Positions 28,185 to 35,651 of a stretch of DNA of 64,000 nucleotides are shown piece after piece. Every line of letters starts with the position of its first letter. The first letter of the stretch is position 1. The notes under the pieces were generated by a model that was not told where the DNA came from, did not search any database, and saw only the letters and a list, made by a program, of their open reading frames with translations. The stretch covers positions 20,582-84,581 of the forward strand of contig JARIGS010000023.1 in the NCBI GenBank assembly GCA_029288725.1, read 5' to 3'. Made by a program: the position numbers and the translations under genes. Source of the stretch: Candidatus Nomurabacteria bacterium. GTDB lineage: Bacteria > Patescibacteriota > Minisyncoccia > Phycocordibacterales > UBA9973.

Positions 28185-28559
28185 TTAAAGCAGTCTGTAC
28201 ACAGCCTTTGAAAGCTCATTTGTTTTAATATCGCTAGCAAATTCTTGAATTTCATCTTGTACGGGCTTGTCGACAGTTACAGGACTTCTATATTGAATAA
28301 GATAATTATCTAGCATTATTGATAAAAATACAGATTCTTCTTCAGAAATTGGAACCCAAGGAAAGTTGATATAGGCAGATCCGTGCACAACCTCTAACGC
28401 ACAGGAATTAATTACAAAGCATAATTCTATAAAATGCCAGTCTGTATCGAGTTTATGATAAAAAGAAACTTCCATCTTTTTGCCAAGTAAATCGGCTGTC
28501 TGTTTGATACCCAGCTTCTCAAAAAGAGACCTAGACAAATCTTTTGTTGTTTTATCCAT
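28185..28559 (-). CDS. Hypothetical protein
   Basis: 124-aa ORF in an AT-rich islet with a terminator hairpin at 28142..28168. No motif recognised. Confidence 0.45.
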   Translation of the reverse strand: MDKTTKDLSRSLFEKLGIKQTADLLGKKMEVSFYHKLDTDWHFIELCFVINSCALEVVHGSAYINFPWVPISEEESVFLSIMLDNYLIQYRSPVTVDKPVQDEIQEFASDIKTNELSKAVYRLL

Positions 28560-28635
28560 TTCTTCTGTTTTTAATTTGAATTTATATAATCACGCTTTAT
28601 ATAAAAAGTCAATAGATAGGGTTTTTGCAACTATA

Positions 28636-28676
28636 CAGTGAAAAACGAAATAGCCTTAATAAATAAGGCTATTTCG
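28636..28676 (-). terminator. Terminator for tmRNA (CGAAATAGCCTTA-loop-TAAGGCTATTTCG, then T-run on minus strand)
   Basis: 13-bp stem 8 nt downstream of the tmRNA 3' end. Confidence 0.6.
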
Positions 28677-28683
28677 TAATTTG

Positions 28684-29064
28684 TGGAGATGGGGGTATCG
28701 AAACCCCGTGTGGGTGGAGTGGGCAAGTAAATCTCCATGCGTAGTATCACTTAATGTTTAAGCAACGATCTCGAAGTAATACGAAACGATCATTGTCCGA
28801 GTCTCGTCTTATTCGGTGCGCTCCTGAGACGGGGAGGGCTGCCTATTCTGATGCATGTTGCCGCGAAGTCCTTATCAGAAATCTAGACTGCGACACCAAT
28901 TTGACCTAAGTTAGGCGAAGATTGGAATAGCGCCTGCCATGTAGGGAGACGCTACCTTAGATGAACTGTTTGCAGTTATCTGTGTGAGCGAAGGTTACGG
29001 GATTGCGCTCATACCCGGCATGCATACTTGTCCGACGACCATCCGTCGAAACCTTACATCCCCA
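28684..29064 (-). ncRNA. ssrA: tmRNA (transfer-messenger RNA)
   Basis: The minus-strand RNA starts GGGGAUGUAAGGUUUCGACGG. The 3' end ...CACGGGGUUUCGAUACCCCCAUCUCCA forms a 7-bp acceptor stem with the 5' end, including a G3-U70 wobble (alanine identity). CCA is not encoded. An internal tag-like frame GCA AAC AGU ... ends AUUCCAAUCUUCGCC-UAA. Sits immediately 3' of smpB. Confidence 0.8.
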
Positions 29065-29500
29065 TTTTTATAGCTCGATCAATATCGCGTCGATCGGCCT
29101 TTTCTTTCAAGGTATTTCGCTTATCAGCCACCTTCTTACCCTTTGCAATGGCAATGGAGAGCTTGATGAGCGAGCCTTTATTATACAATGAAATTGGCAC
29201 TATGGTCAATCCTTTGGTATTGAGGGCTTTTGATAGGTCGTAGAGTTCCTTCTTGCGAACAAGCAACTTGCGGGTGCGGTAGGGGTCATAGCCGGTACCG
29301 GCATTCTTTTCCTGCCAGGCCGGAATATGGGCACCCAAAAGCCATAACTCGCCATTGAGCAGGGTAACGTGGCTGCCGGTGAGGCTGCCGTGCTGGGCTT
29401 TGACCGATTTGACCTCGGTGCCGAGCAATTCGATGCCGGTTTCCATCGTTTCCTGAAGGGTGAAATTAAGGCTGGCCTTTTTGTTACGGAGGTATTCCAT
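29054..29500 (-). CDS. smpB: SsrA-binding protein SmpB
   Basis: GIELLGTEVKSVKAQHGSLTGSHVTLLNGELWLLGAHI...GYDPYRTRKLLVRKKE. The 3' end overlaps the tmRNA 5' end by about 11 nt. Confidence 0.9.
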   Translation of the reverse strand: MEYLRNKKASLNFTLQETMETGIELLGTEVKSVKAQHGSLTGSHVTLLNGELWLLGAHIPAWQEKNAGTGYDPYRTRKLLVRKKELYDLSKALNTKGLTIVPISLYNKGSLIKLSIAIAKGKKVADKRNTLKEKADRRDIDRAIKMGM

Positions 29501-29534
29501 ACCCCTATACTAACATATGTATATATATAGCATT

Positions 29535-29575
29535 GCCTCGCCGTAGCTTTTTTCTGAGAAATGCGAAGGCGGGTG
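29535..29575. repeat. GC-rich hairpin-repeat family copy in the ftsH leader
   Basis: GCCTCGCCGTAGC-TTTTTTCTGAGAAAT-GCGAAGGCGGGTG. Followed by a TATAAT box at 29576..29581. Confidence 0.5.
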
Positions 29576-29587
29576 TATAATGCCCTT

Positions 29588-31528
29588 ATGCCGAAAAAAG
29601 AACCTAAAAAACATATTGAACAGCACGAATCTATGCCTCCAGCACCGCAGATGCCGCAGCAAAAAAAGCCGGCGCCAAAAAAGTCCCTTTCTTCCTATAT
29701 CTTTTCAACCCTGCTGATTTTTGCAGTCATCGTGGTTATTTTCTCATTCTTCTCAGGATCAGGAACTGACAAAAGCACGACTGTACCCCTATCCGAGGTT
29801 GCACGTTTAGCTGAAGCGGGGGAGATCAAGACCATCGTCGTGGATGATCAGGACCTCACCATTACTAAAACCGATGACAGCGTGGTGAAGTCCAAGAAGG
29901 AAGCCGATGCGTCACTGGTCCAGACATTGTCCTCATACGGTGTCGATGGCACGCACTTGAGTGCCCTTGATATTACCGTTGCTGGCCAATCAGCCCTTCT
30001 GGTTTTTCTCGGTTCAATCTTTTTGCCGATTGTCTTTCCAATTCTTCTCGCAGTCTTCTTCATCTGGATGCTGACCCGTCAGGCCAAGGGTGCCGGCATG
30101 CAGGCATTTAGTTTCGGTCAGTCCAAGGCTCGCATTACCGACCCTAACGATGCCAATAACCGTGTGACCTTCAAGGACGTCGCCGGTGCGCGCGAGGCAA
30201 AGGAGGAACTAAAGGAAATCGTTGACTTCCTTCGCAATCCGAAAAAGTTTTTGGATATTGGTGCGCGCATTCCCAAGGGTGTATTGCTTTCCGGTGCACC
30301 CGGAACAGGGAAGACTCTGCTGGCTCGTGCCGTAGCGGGCGAAGCCGGCGTGCCGTTCTATCATTTGTCCGGTTCTGAATTCGTTGAAATGTTTGTCGGT
30401 GTCGGTGCCTCTCGCGTGCGCGATCTTTTCAAGATGGCCAAGCGTGCTGCTCCTGCCATTATCTTCATTGATGAGATCGATGCGGTTGGACGCGTTCGTG
30501 GTGGTGGTTTCGGTGGCGGCAATGACGAGCGCGAACAGACCTTGAACCAGATCCTTGTGGAGATGGATGGCTTCGAACCCAATGACAAGGTTATCGTCAT
30601 GGCGGCAACAAACCGCAGCGATGTCCTTGATCCAGCATTGCTTCGCCCGGGTCGTTTCGACCGTCGTGTTACTCTCGATCTGCCTGATCGCCGTGACCGT
30701 GAGGATATTTTGACTGTCCACTCCCACAAGAAGCCGTTTGCTGAAGATGTGAATCTGAAAGTGATTGCGGAACGCACGCCAGGATTTTCCGGTGCGGACC
30801 TGTTCTCATTGATGAATGAGGGCGCAATCCTTGCTGCTCGTGAAAATCGCAAGAAGATTTCACAGTTTGATCTTGTCCGTTCAATTGAAAAGGTGATGAT
30901 TGGCCCAGAGCGCAAGAGTCACTTGCTGACCAAGAAGGAAAAACTGATCACGGCCTATCATGAAGCGGCGCATGCCCTTGTTGCATCGGTCTTGCCTGAC
31001 GCTGATCCGGTCCACAAGATCTCGATCGTCTCACGCGGCAATGCTGCGGGATACACGATGAAGATTGCATTGGAGGAACGCAAGCTCAATAACAAGCAGG
31101 AATACTTAGATGACTTGGCAATGTCACTAGCCGGGTATGCCGTTGAGGATATGATCTTTGGCAATGTTTCAACAGGACCTTCAAACGATTTGCAGGTTGC
31201 AACAAGCCTTGCCCGGGCAATGGTCACTCGTTGGGGTATGAGTGAAGTGATCGGACCGTTGGCATTGGAGTCCGATGGTGGCCGAGCAATGTTTGGCCAG
31301 GGTGTTGATAGCAAGGACTATTCTGAAAAGACTGGCGCAACGATTGATGCAGAAGTGCAGCGCATTATGAAGGAGGCGTTGGAGCGCGCGCGTGAAGTGC
31401 TCACTACTCACCGCACCATCCTCGATGTCATTACCAACAAGTTGGTCGAAGTCGAAACATTGGAACAGCCGGAATACGAAGCCATTCTTTCCGCTCACGG
31501 CATTCCGCTTAAGAAGCTCGAAGTCTAA
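29588..31528 (+). CDS. ftsH: ATP-dependent zinc metalloprotease FtsH
   Basis: [22 protein letters not shown] Walker [12 protein letters not shown] zinc site. The ORF opens at 29561 inside the repeat; probable start is MPKKEPKK at 29588. Confidence 0.95.
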   Translation: MPKKEPKKHIEQHESMPPAPQMPQQKKPAPKKSLSSYIFSTLLIFAVIVVIFSFFSGSGTDKSTTVPLSEVARLAEAGEIKTIVVDDQDLTITKTDDSVVKSKKEADASLVQTLSSYGVDGTHLSALDITVAGQSALLVFLGSIFLPIVFPILLAVFFIWMLTRQAKGAGMQAFSFGQSKARITDPNDANNRVTFKDVAGAREAKEELKEIVDFLRNPKKFLDIGARIPKGVLLSGAPGTGKTLLARAVAGEAGVPFYHLSGSEFVEMFVGVGASRVRDLFKMAKRAAPAIIFIDEIDAVGRVRGGGFGGGNDEREQTLNQILVEMDGFEPNDKVIVMAATNRSDVLDPALLRPGRFDRRVTLDLPDRRDREDILTVHSHKKPFAEDVNLKVIAERTPGFSGADLFSLMNEGAILAARENRKKISQFDLVRSIEKVMIGPERKSHLLTKKEKLITAYHEAAHALVASVLPDADPVHKISIVSRGNAAGYTMKIALEERKLNNKQEYLDDLAMSLAGYAVEDMIFGNVSTGPSNDLQVATSLARAMVTRWGMSEVIGPLALESDGGRAMFGQGVDSKDYSEKTGATIDAEVQRIMKEALERAREVLTTHRTILDVITNKLVEVETLEQPEYEAILSAHGIPLKKLEV

Positions 31529-32637
31529 TGCGCAGCTTTTTCATCAGCATTGTCCTTGTCTTTGGACTGTTCACGTCAGCCCATGCCGCAACACTGAACA
31601 TCGTTCAGCACCCAGTGTCATTTGGCTACAAAACCGCCAGTGGCCGCACTATTGATACAGTAATCATTCATGCAACGTACAATCCTGCCCTCGCCACCCA
31701 AACCCTTGATGGAGCATTGGCGGAATGGAAGGCAAATAATGTCTCGCCGCACTATGCCATTGATCGTGATGGAACTATCTACCAGCTAGTGGCAGAAAAA
31801 AATATTGCCTGGCATGCTGGTGTCAGCACTTTGCCCAATGGGGCGACCAATGTGAATACTCGTTCGATTGGCATTGAAATGGTATACAGCAATACTGACA
31901 CGCCGAGCGATGCCCAGTATGCATCACTGCAGGCATTGATCAGTGACATTGAAAGCCGCTACCATATCACGTATGTCTTGGGACACAGCCAAATTGCACC
32001 AGGCAGAAAAGTTGATCCCTGGAATTTTGATTACACGAGGATTGCAGCGGTAATACCGTCCCACTCAACAAGTTCAGGGCAAACGGCAATATCATCGATG
32101 TTCCATAGTAACGTTACATCGCTTACTACCAATCAAAAAAATACCATGAAGTTGTATTCCTACCGCGCTTCATGTCCGGTTTCGCTTACCAATCTCCGTG
32201 CCGTGAGCGTTTCATATTATGACTTTAATGGCGCAGTCCAGCAGGGAACACTGATCGTCAACAAAACAATTACGGCAAAAACCGTTGCGGCATTTAAGGT
32301 GCTCTTTGCCCAACAATTTCCTATCAATAAGATCACACCAATTGATGCGTACAAGGGAGATGACACTGCCTCAATGGCAGCCGACAATACTTCAGCATTT
32401 AATTGCCGTCCGGTAGCGGGCACGAAAGTGTTTTCTGAACACGCGTATGGCACAGCAATTGATATTAATCCGAAAGAAAATGTCGCCTCCGCCTCGCCCG
32501 CCGTAGCTTTAGCGAAGGAGGGTCAGGGCGTGCTTACTTCCGCCGCGGTGCAGGCAGTGAAAAGTGCCGGCTTTAAATGGGGTGGGGATTGGACGAGCAA
32601 AAAGGACTATCAGCACTTTTCTATAAGTGGGAAATAG
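31528..32637 (+). CDS. Secreted bifunctional peptidoglycan hydrolase: N-acetylmuramoyl-L-alanine amidase (Amidase_2/PGRP) plus peptidase M15 (VanY-like) domain
   Basis: Signal peptide. TVIIHATYN...HYAIDRDGTIYQLVAEKNIAWHAG (amidase_2). C-terminal SEHAYGTAIDINP ... GFKWGGDW..DYQHF (M15). GC-rich repeat copy embedded at 32484..32525. Confidence 0.7.
   Translation: MRSFFISIVLVFGLFTSAHAATLNIVQHPVSFGYKTASGRTIDTVIIHATYNPALATQTLDGALAEWKANNVSPHYAIDRDGTIYQLVAEKNIAWHAGVSTLPNGATNVNTRSIGIEMVYSNTDTPSDAQYASLQALISDIESRYHITYVLGHSQIAPGRKVDPWNFDYTRIAAVIPSHSTSSGQTAISSMFHSNVTSLTTNQKNTMKLYSYRASCPVSLTNLRAVSVSYYDFNGAVQQGTLIVNKTITAKTVAAFKVLFAQQFPINKITPIDAYKGDDTASMAADNTSAFNCRPVAGTKVFSEHAYGTAIDINPKENVASASPAVALAKEGQGVLTSAAVQAVKSAGFKWGGDWTSKKDYQHFSISGK
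32484..32525. repeat. GC-rich hairpin-repeat family copy, in-frame inside the amidase/M15 gene (encodes ...[15 protein letters not shown]...)
   Basis: TCGCCTCCGCCTCGCCCGCCGTAGCTTTAGCGAAGGAGGGTC. Contains CGCCGTAGC and GCGAAGGAGGG. Confidence 0.55.
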
Positions 32638-32694
32638 CCACGATTGACTTTGCCCTAAGCAGGCGTACACTGGGAGAAACGTAATCTATTTGTC

Positions 32695-33051
32695 ATGAAA
32701 AAATTTGTTACAGGTATGATGATGCTACTGTTCCTGGGAGTAGGGGCAGTTATGGCACAAACAAAACAGGATTCTACTGAGTATGCTGTTCGCAAAAAGC
32801 ATTTCTGGGATTTTTTAAAATCAAAGAAAAGCAACACTTCTTCTACTGCCGCCGTTCCGTCGGTTGTCATATTACGGCATCCGGAAACATATCAGAAGCT
32901 ACAGCACGACTTTAACATCGGCAAAATTTCCGAAGAAGAATTTGACGCCGGAATGGTGAGGTATCTTATTGAAAATATGAAAGCACCTTCGGACGGTAAC
33001 TGTTTTAGTTTCAAAGATATCCTTTTTCAATTTCAGCGGGGATGGCAGTAA
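32695..33051 (+). CDS. Hypothetical small secreted protein
   Basis: Signal peptide MKKFVTGMMMLLFLGVGAVMA. 118 aa. Followed by a strong terminator. Confidence 0.45.
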   Translation: MKKFVTGMMMLLFLGVGAVMAQTKQDSTEYAVRKKHFWDFLKSKKSNTSSTAAVPSVVILRHPETYQKLQHDFNIGKISEEEFDAGMVRYLIENMKAPSDGNCFSFKDILFQFQRGWQ

Positions 33052-33065
33052 GCGTACCGTAAATT

Positions 33066-33100
33066 AAAAAAGCGGATTCCGTAAGGAATCCGCTTTTTAT
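33066..33100. terminator. Bidirectional terminator (AAAAGCGGATTCC-GTAA-GGAATCCGCTTTTT)
   Basis: Perfect 13-bp stem between convergent genes. Confidence 0.8.
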
Positions 33101-33114
33101 GTTGCCTGTTTGTA

Positions 33115-33588
33115 TTATGCGCTGACCTTGTCAGTGCCAATATTTTCCAAATGACCTTCGGCCATTTCCAACATATCGTAATGCCAGTTCACGCCTTCCT
33201 CGGTCAGTTCGAGCAATTGCGCATGTTCCAAGCCTTCGGCCACGCCGCGCATCAATGCCCAGTGCACGATTGCCGCCCCTTCGAAGAAGCCGCTCCATTC
33301 CATCAGCTCAGTGGCATTGTCCCACTGATCCGCAACGTACAGGTCACGCATCTTCTTGAGCTTTTCCTCGGTGGCTGCGGCCTTGGTCAGGGTAGTATCA
33401 ATGACGCCACCATCAGTGGCCAGTTTCATGATTGATTCGGCATGGAGGCGATTCTTTTCCTCAACGTCAGACACTTCTTCTTCGCCCAATGCTTCTACCA
33501 ATGCCGCCCGACCTTTTTCATAGGTATCGGTGCCAACACGGCTAAATGCCAATAATTCTCCTAATTTTTTTCCGGTAAATTCATTCAT
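33115..33588 (-). CDS. Hypothetical four-helix-bundle (ferritin-like?) protein
   Basis: 157 aa, acidic, with E/H-containing helices (EGLEH, EGHLE). The function assignment is weak. Confidence 0.4.
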   Translation of the reverse strand: MNEFTGKKLGELLAFSRVGTDTYEKGRAALVEALGEEEVSDVEEKNRLHAESIMKLATDGGVIDTTLTKAAATEEKLKKMRDLYVADQWDNATELMEWSGFFEGAAIVHWALMRGVAEGLEHAQLLELTEEGVNWHYDMLEMAEGHLENIGTDKVSA

Positions 33589-33634
33589 ATGTATATTGAT
33601 TATGCTGCTAATCTCCCTTATAGGGTAGTGGAAA

Positions 33635-33662
33635 TTGCGTATTTATACAAGACTGCTACAAT
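33635..33662 (+). promoter_or_regulatory. Candidate promoter for tRNA-Ile (TTGCGT-16-TACAAT)
   Basis: -35 at 33635..33640 and -10 at 33657..33662. The leader contains the hairpin TCGCCA-N12-TGGCGA with a GCTATGGCGAA word resembling the GC-rich repeat family. Confidence 0.4.
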
Positions 33663-33705
33663 CTCCTTACCTGGTCGCCACCGCTCACGCTATGGCGAAC
33701 CGAAG

Positions 33706-33779
33706 CCGTCCTTAGCTCAGTTGGTTAGAGCTCCGAGCTTATACCTCGGCGGTCCATGGTTCGAATCCATGAGGACGGA
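33706..33779 (+). tRNA. tRNA-Ile with anticodon UAU (TAT)
   Basis: Cloverleaf: acceptor CCGTCCT/AGGACGG, D arm GCTC-AGTTGGTTA-GAGC, anticodon stem CCGAG/CTCGG with loop CTTATAC, T arm CATGG-TTCGAAT-CCATG, discriminator A. CCA is not encoded. Confidence 0.75.
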
Positions 33780-33824
33780 CAAACAAAAAACCCAGATAAA
33801 AATATCTGAGTTTAATTTCTTTTA

Positions 33825-34058
33825 TTATTTTAAATATCCCAATAAATAGGCTATTAAGACACCAGTAAGATGTCCCATTATAGCAAGGGGTATTGATACA
33901 TATAGTGGAGCAAGAGAGGGAACAAATGCTGCGGCGACAGCTCCACCAGGGCTTCTAGCTGCTTTGTGCGCACCCAACATTGGCCATGTAAGAAAAAATA
34001 GTATCAGTCCCATTGAAAAGGAAATAATGCCTTTCCTTATTAATTTCTTTCTTTCCAT
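33825..34058 (-). CDS. Hypothetical small membrane protein
   Basis: 77 aa, two predicted TM helices. AT-rich. Preceded, on the minus strand, by the 50-nt repeat. Confidence 0.35.
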   Translation of the reverse strand: MERKKLIRKGIISFSMGLILFFLTWPMLGAHKAARSPGGAVAAAFVPSLAPLYVSIPLAIMGHLTGVLIAYLLGYLK

Positions 34059-34142
34059 TTTTTAATTATTTAATTTTCTTTACATTACTATATCTCAAAG
34101 TTAAGTCAACAACTTGAACTTATAACAATCGGATACCATTCG

Positions 34143-34192
34143 AAAATACACTCCTCAGGGCGGTTCCAAGTATTTGAGGTAGTGCGGACAAT
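34143..34192. repeat. 50-nt conserved element, copy 1 (AAAATACACTCCTCAGGGCGGTTCCAAGTATTTGAGGTAGTGCGGACAAT)
   Basis: 48/50 identical to copy 2. On the minus strand it lies downstream of a terminator hairpin and about 85 nt upstream of the next gene start. Confidence 0.6.
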
Positions 34193-34253
34193 TTTAGGAA
34201 ATAAAAAAGCCCAAATTGAATAGGGCTTTATGTTTTAGAATAGTGCAAAATAG

Positions 34254-34715
34254 TTAGTATCGTAATAGAGCTTTACGCTTATCGACCTCTTTTGCTTTCT
34301 TTGTGAAAAAGACTATGGCAAAAATAGCCATGCAGATACTTCCTAAGATTATCAATCTACCAGACCATAGTCGTGGGGAAACCAACACTATCGTTATAGC
34401 CATCAACACTATTGATATAGCTACAAACCAGGCTCTTTTGCGCAGTGATTTTTCGAGAGGAATAAGTCTTTTTCGTGTCCATTCATTAATTCTTTCATTG
34501 GCGTAATGCCATGAACTAATATAACCTCTTCCGAAAGGGCTTAAATTAAGAACTTCGTTACAAAGTTCTTTTCCGCTGTATGTTTTAGCTCCTACATATA
34601 GGACAAAATTTTCATCTGTTGCAAAACCTTTGATTTCGTCTACTAACGGCTTGGCTTCAGCAAGGACTTCCTCGTTACTTTTTCCTTGCATTTTGGGGTG
34701 TTCAGGTTTTTCCAT
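34254..34715 (-). CDS. Hypothetical protein with C-terminal TM helices
   Basis: 153-aa ORF. AT-rich. No motif recognised. Confidence 0.45.
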   Translation of the reverse strand: MEKPEHPKMQGKSNEEVLAEAKPLVDEIKGFATDENFVLYVGAKTYSGKELCNEVLNLSPFGRGYISSWHYANERINEWTRKRLIPLEKSLRKRAWFVAISIVLMAITIVLVSPRLWSGRLIILGSICMAIFAIVFFTKKAKEVDKRKALLRY

Positions 34716-34797
34716 AACTCTTTAATTTTAATGTTTTCTGTACCTTACCATATTTTTTTGAAATATCAATTAGTGATTCATTAATGAATACAATTCA

Positions 34798-34847
34798 AAA
34801 ATACACTCCTCAGGGCGGTTCCAAGTATTTGAGGTAATACGGACAAT
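34798..34847. repeat. 50-nt conserved element, copy 2
   Basis: AAAATACACTCCTCAGGGCGGTTCCAAGTATTTGAGGTAATACGGACAAT. Followed, like copy 1, by an A-run and a different GC hairpin. Confidence 0.6.
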
Positions 34848-34881
34848 AAAAAAGCAGCCCATGGTTTGACTGCTTCGTAGC

Positions 34882-35130
34882 TCATTGATTTTTATTTTGG
34901 GAGACAAATTTTTCAATGTCTCTTACCTCCTGGTTTCCCATAAAGGAAATTTTTTTTGCTATCCCTTGAACGATTTCCCAATGTTGTTCGGGGCTCTTAT
35001 TAACGTACATATAAAGGAGTTCAGTTTTCATCCTGTGTATTTTCTCTGGTTTAGAGCCTCCCTTTTTAAGTATCTCTGTAAAATGGTTAAGCTTTTCTAA
35101 AAAACTTTTCCCTTTAAGTATGTTTCCCAT
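34882..35130 (-). CDS. Hypothetical small protein
   Basis: 82-aa ORF. AT-rich. Confidence 0.35.
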   Translation of the reverse strand: MGNILKGKSFLEKLNHFTEILKKGGSKPEKIHRMKTELLYMYVNKSPEQHWEIVQGIAKKISFMGNQEVRDIEKFVSQNKNQ

Positions 35131-35279
35131 TTGTTTTTTTCTCTACTTTACATTTTCTTATCCAAAAAGCAAATCTCCCACAAAGAGCCAGAGTGGATAA
35201 AAACCTTCTATTTTCAGTCTATATTGTTATAATGAAAAGAGATTGGCGTGATTAATAACCCGCGGCAATCGCTTTATAT

Positions 35280-35651
35280 ATGAATACACAAAAAGCGGCA
35301 AAATGGTTCGGATGGATTATTTTAATAGTCGGCATTGCTGGGTTCATTCCGGGCATTGTCAGTACGACAGGATTGGAGCTTGGCATCTTTCAGGTTGATG
35401 CGATGCACAACATCGTTCACATCCTGACCGGTCTCATCGCATTGATGGTGGCACCAAGTCTTGGATCAACGAAGACGTTCTTCAAGATCTTCGGTGTGGT
35501 CTATGCAATCGTCACCATTCTTGGATTCGTGAATGGCGGCATGGTCCTTGGCATGATGATGAACATGGCGGACAACATCCTCCACGTTATCATTACGCTC
35601 TTCGCGCTCTACTACGGCTTTCGTTCAGAAGGCGGCGTAGCGGCAATGTAG
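35280..35651 (+). CDS. Small 4-TM membrane protein (DUF4383-like)
   Basis: WIILIVGIAGFIPGIV... Four hydrophobic helices, 123 aa. Confidence 0.45.
   Translation: MNTQKAAKWFGWIILIVGIAGFIPGIVSTTGLELGIFQVDAMHNIVHILTGLIALMVAPSLGSTKTFFKIFGVVYAIVTILGFVNGGMVLGMMMNMADNILHVIITLFALYYGFRSEGGVAAM

Noticed and set aside
28016-28255. Minus-strand 79-aa ORF and a 37-codon plus ORF (28021..28134) in an AT-rich spacer
   Set aside because: It overlaps the 3' end of the 28185..28559 gene and its terminator. It is probably intergenic AT-rich noise or a decayed gene remnant, and cannot be supported.
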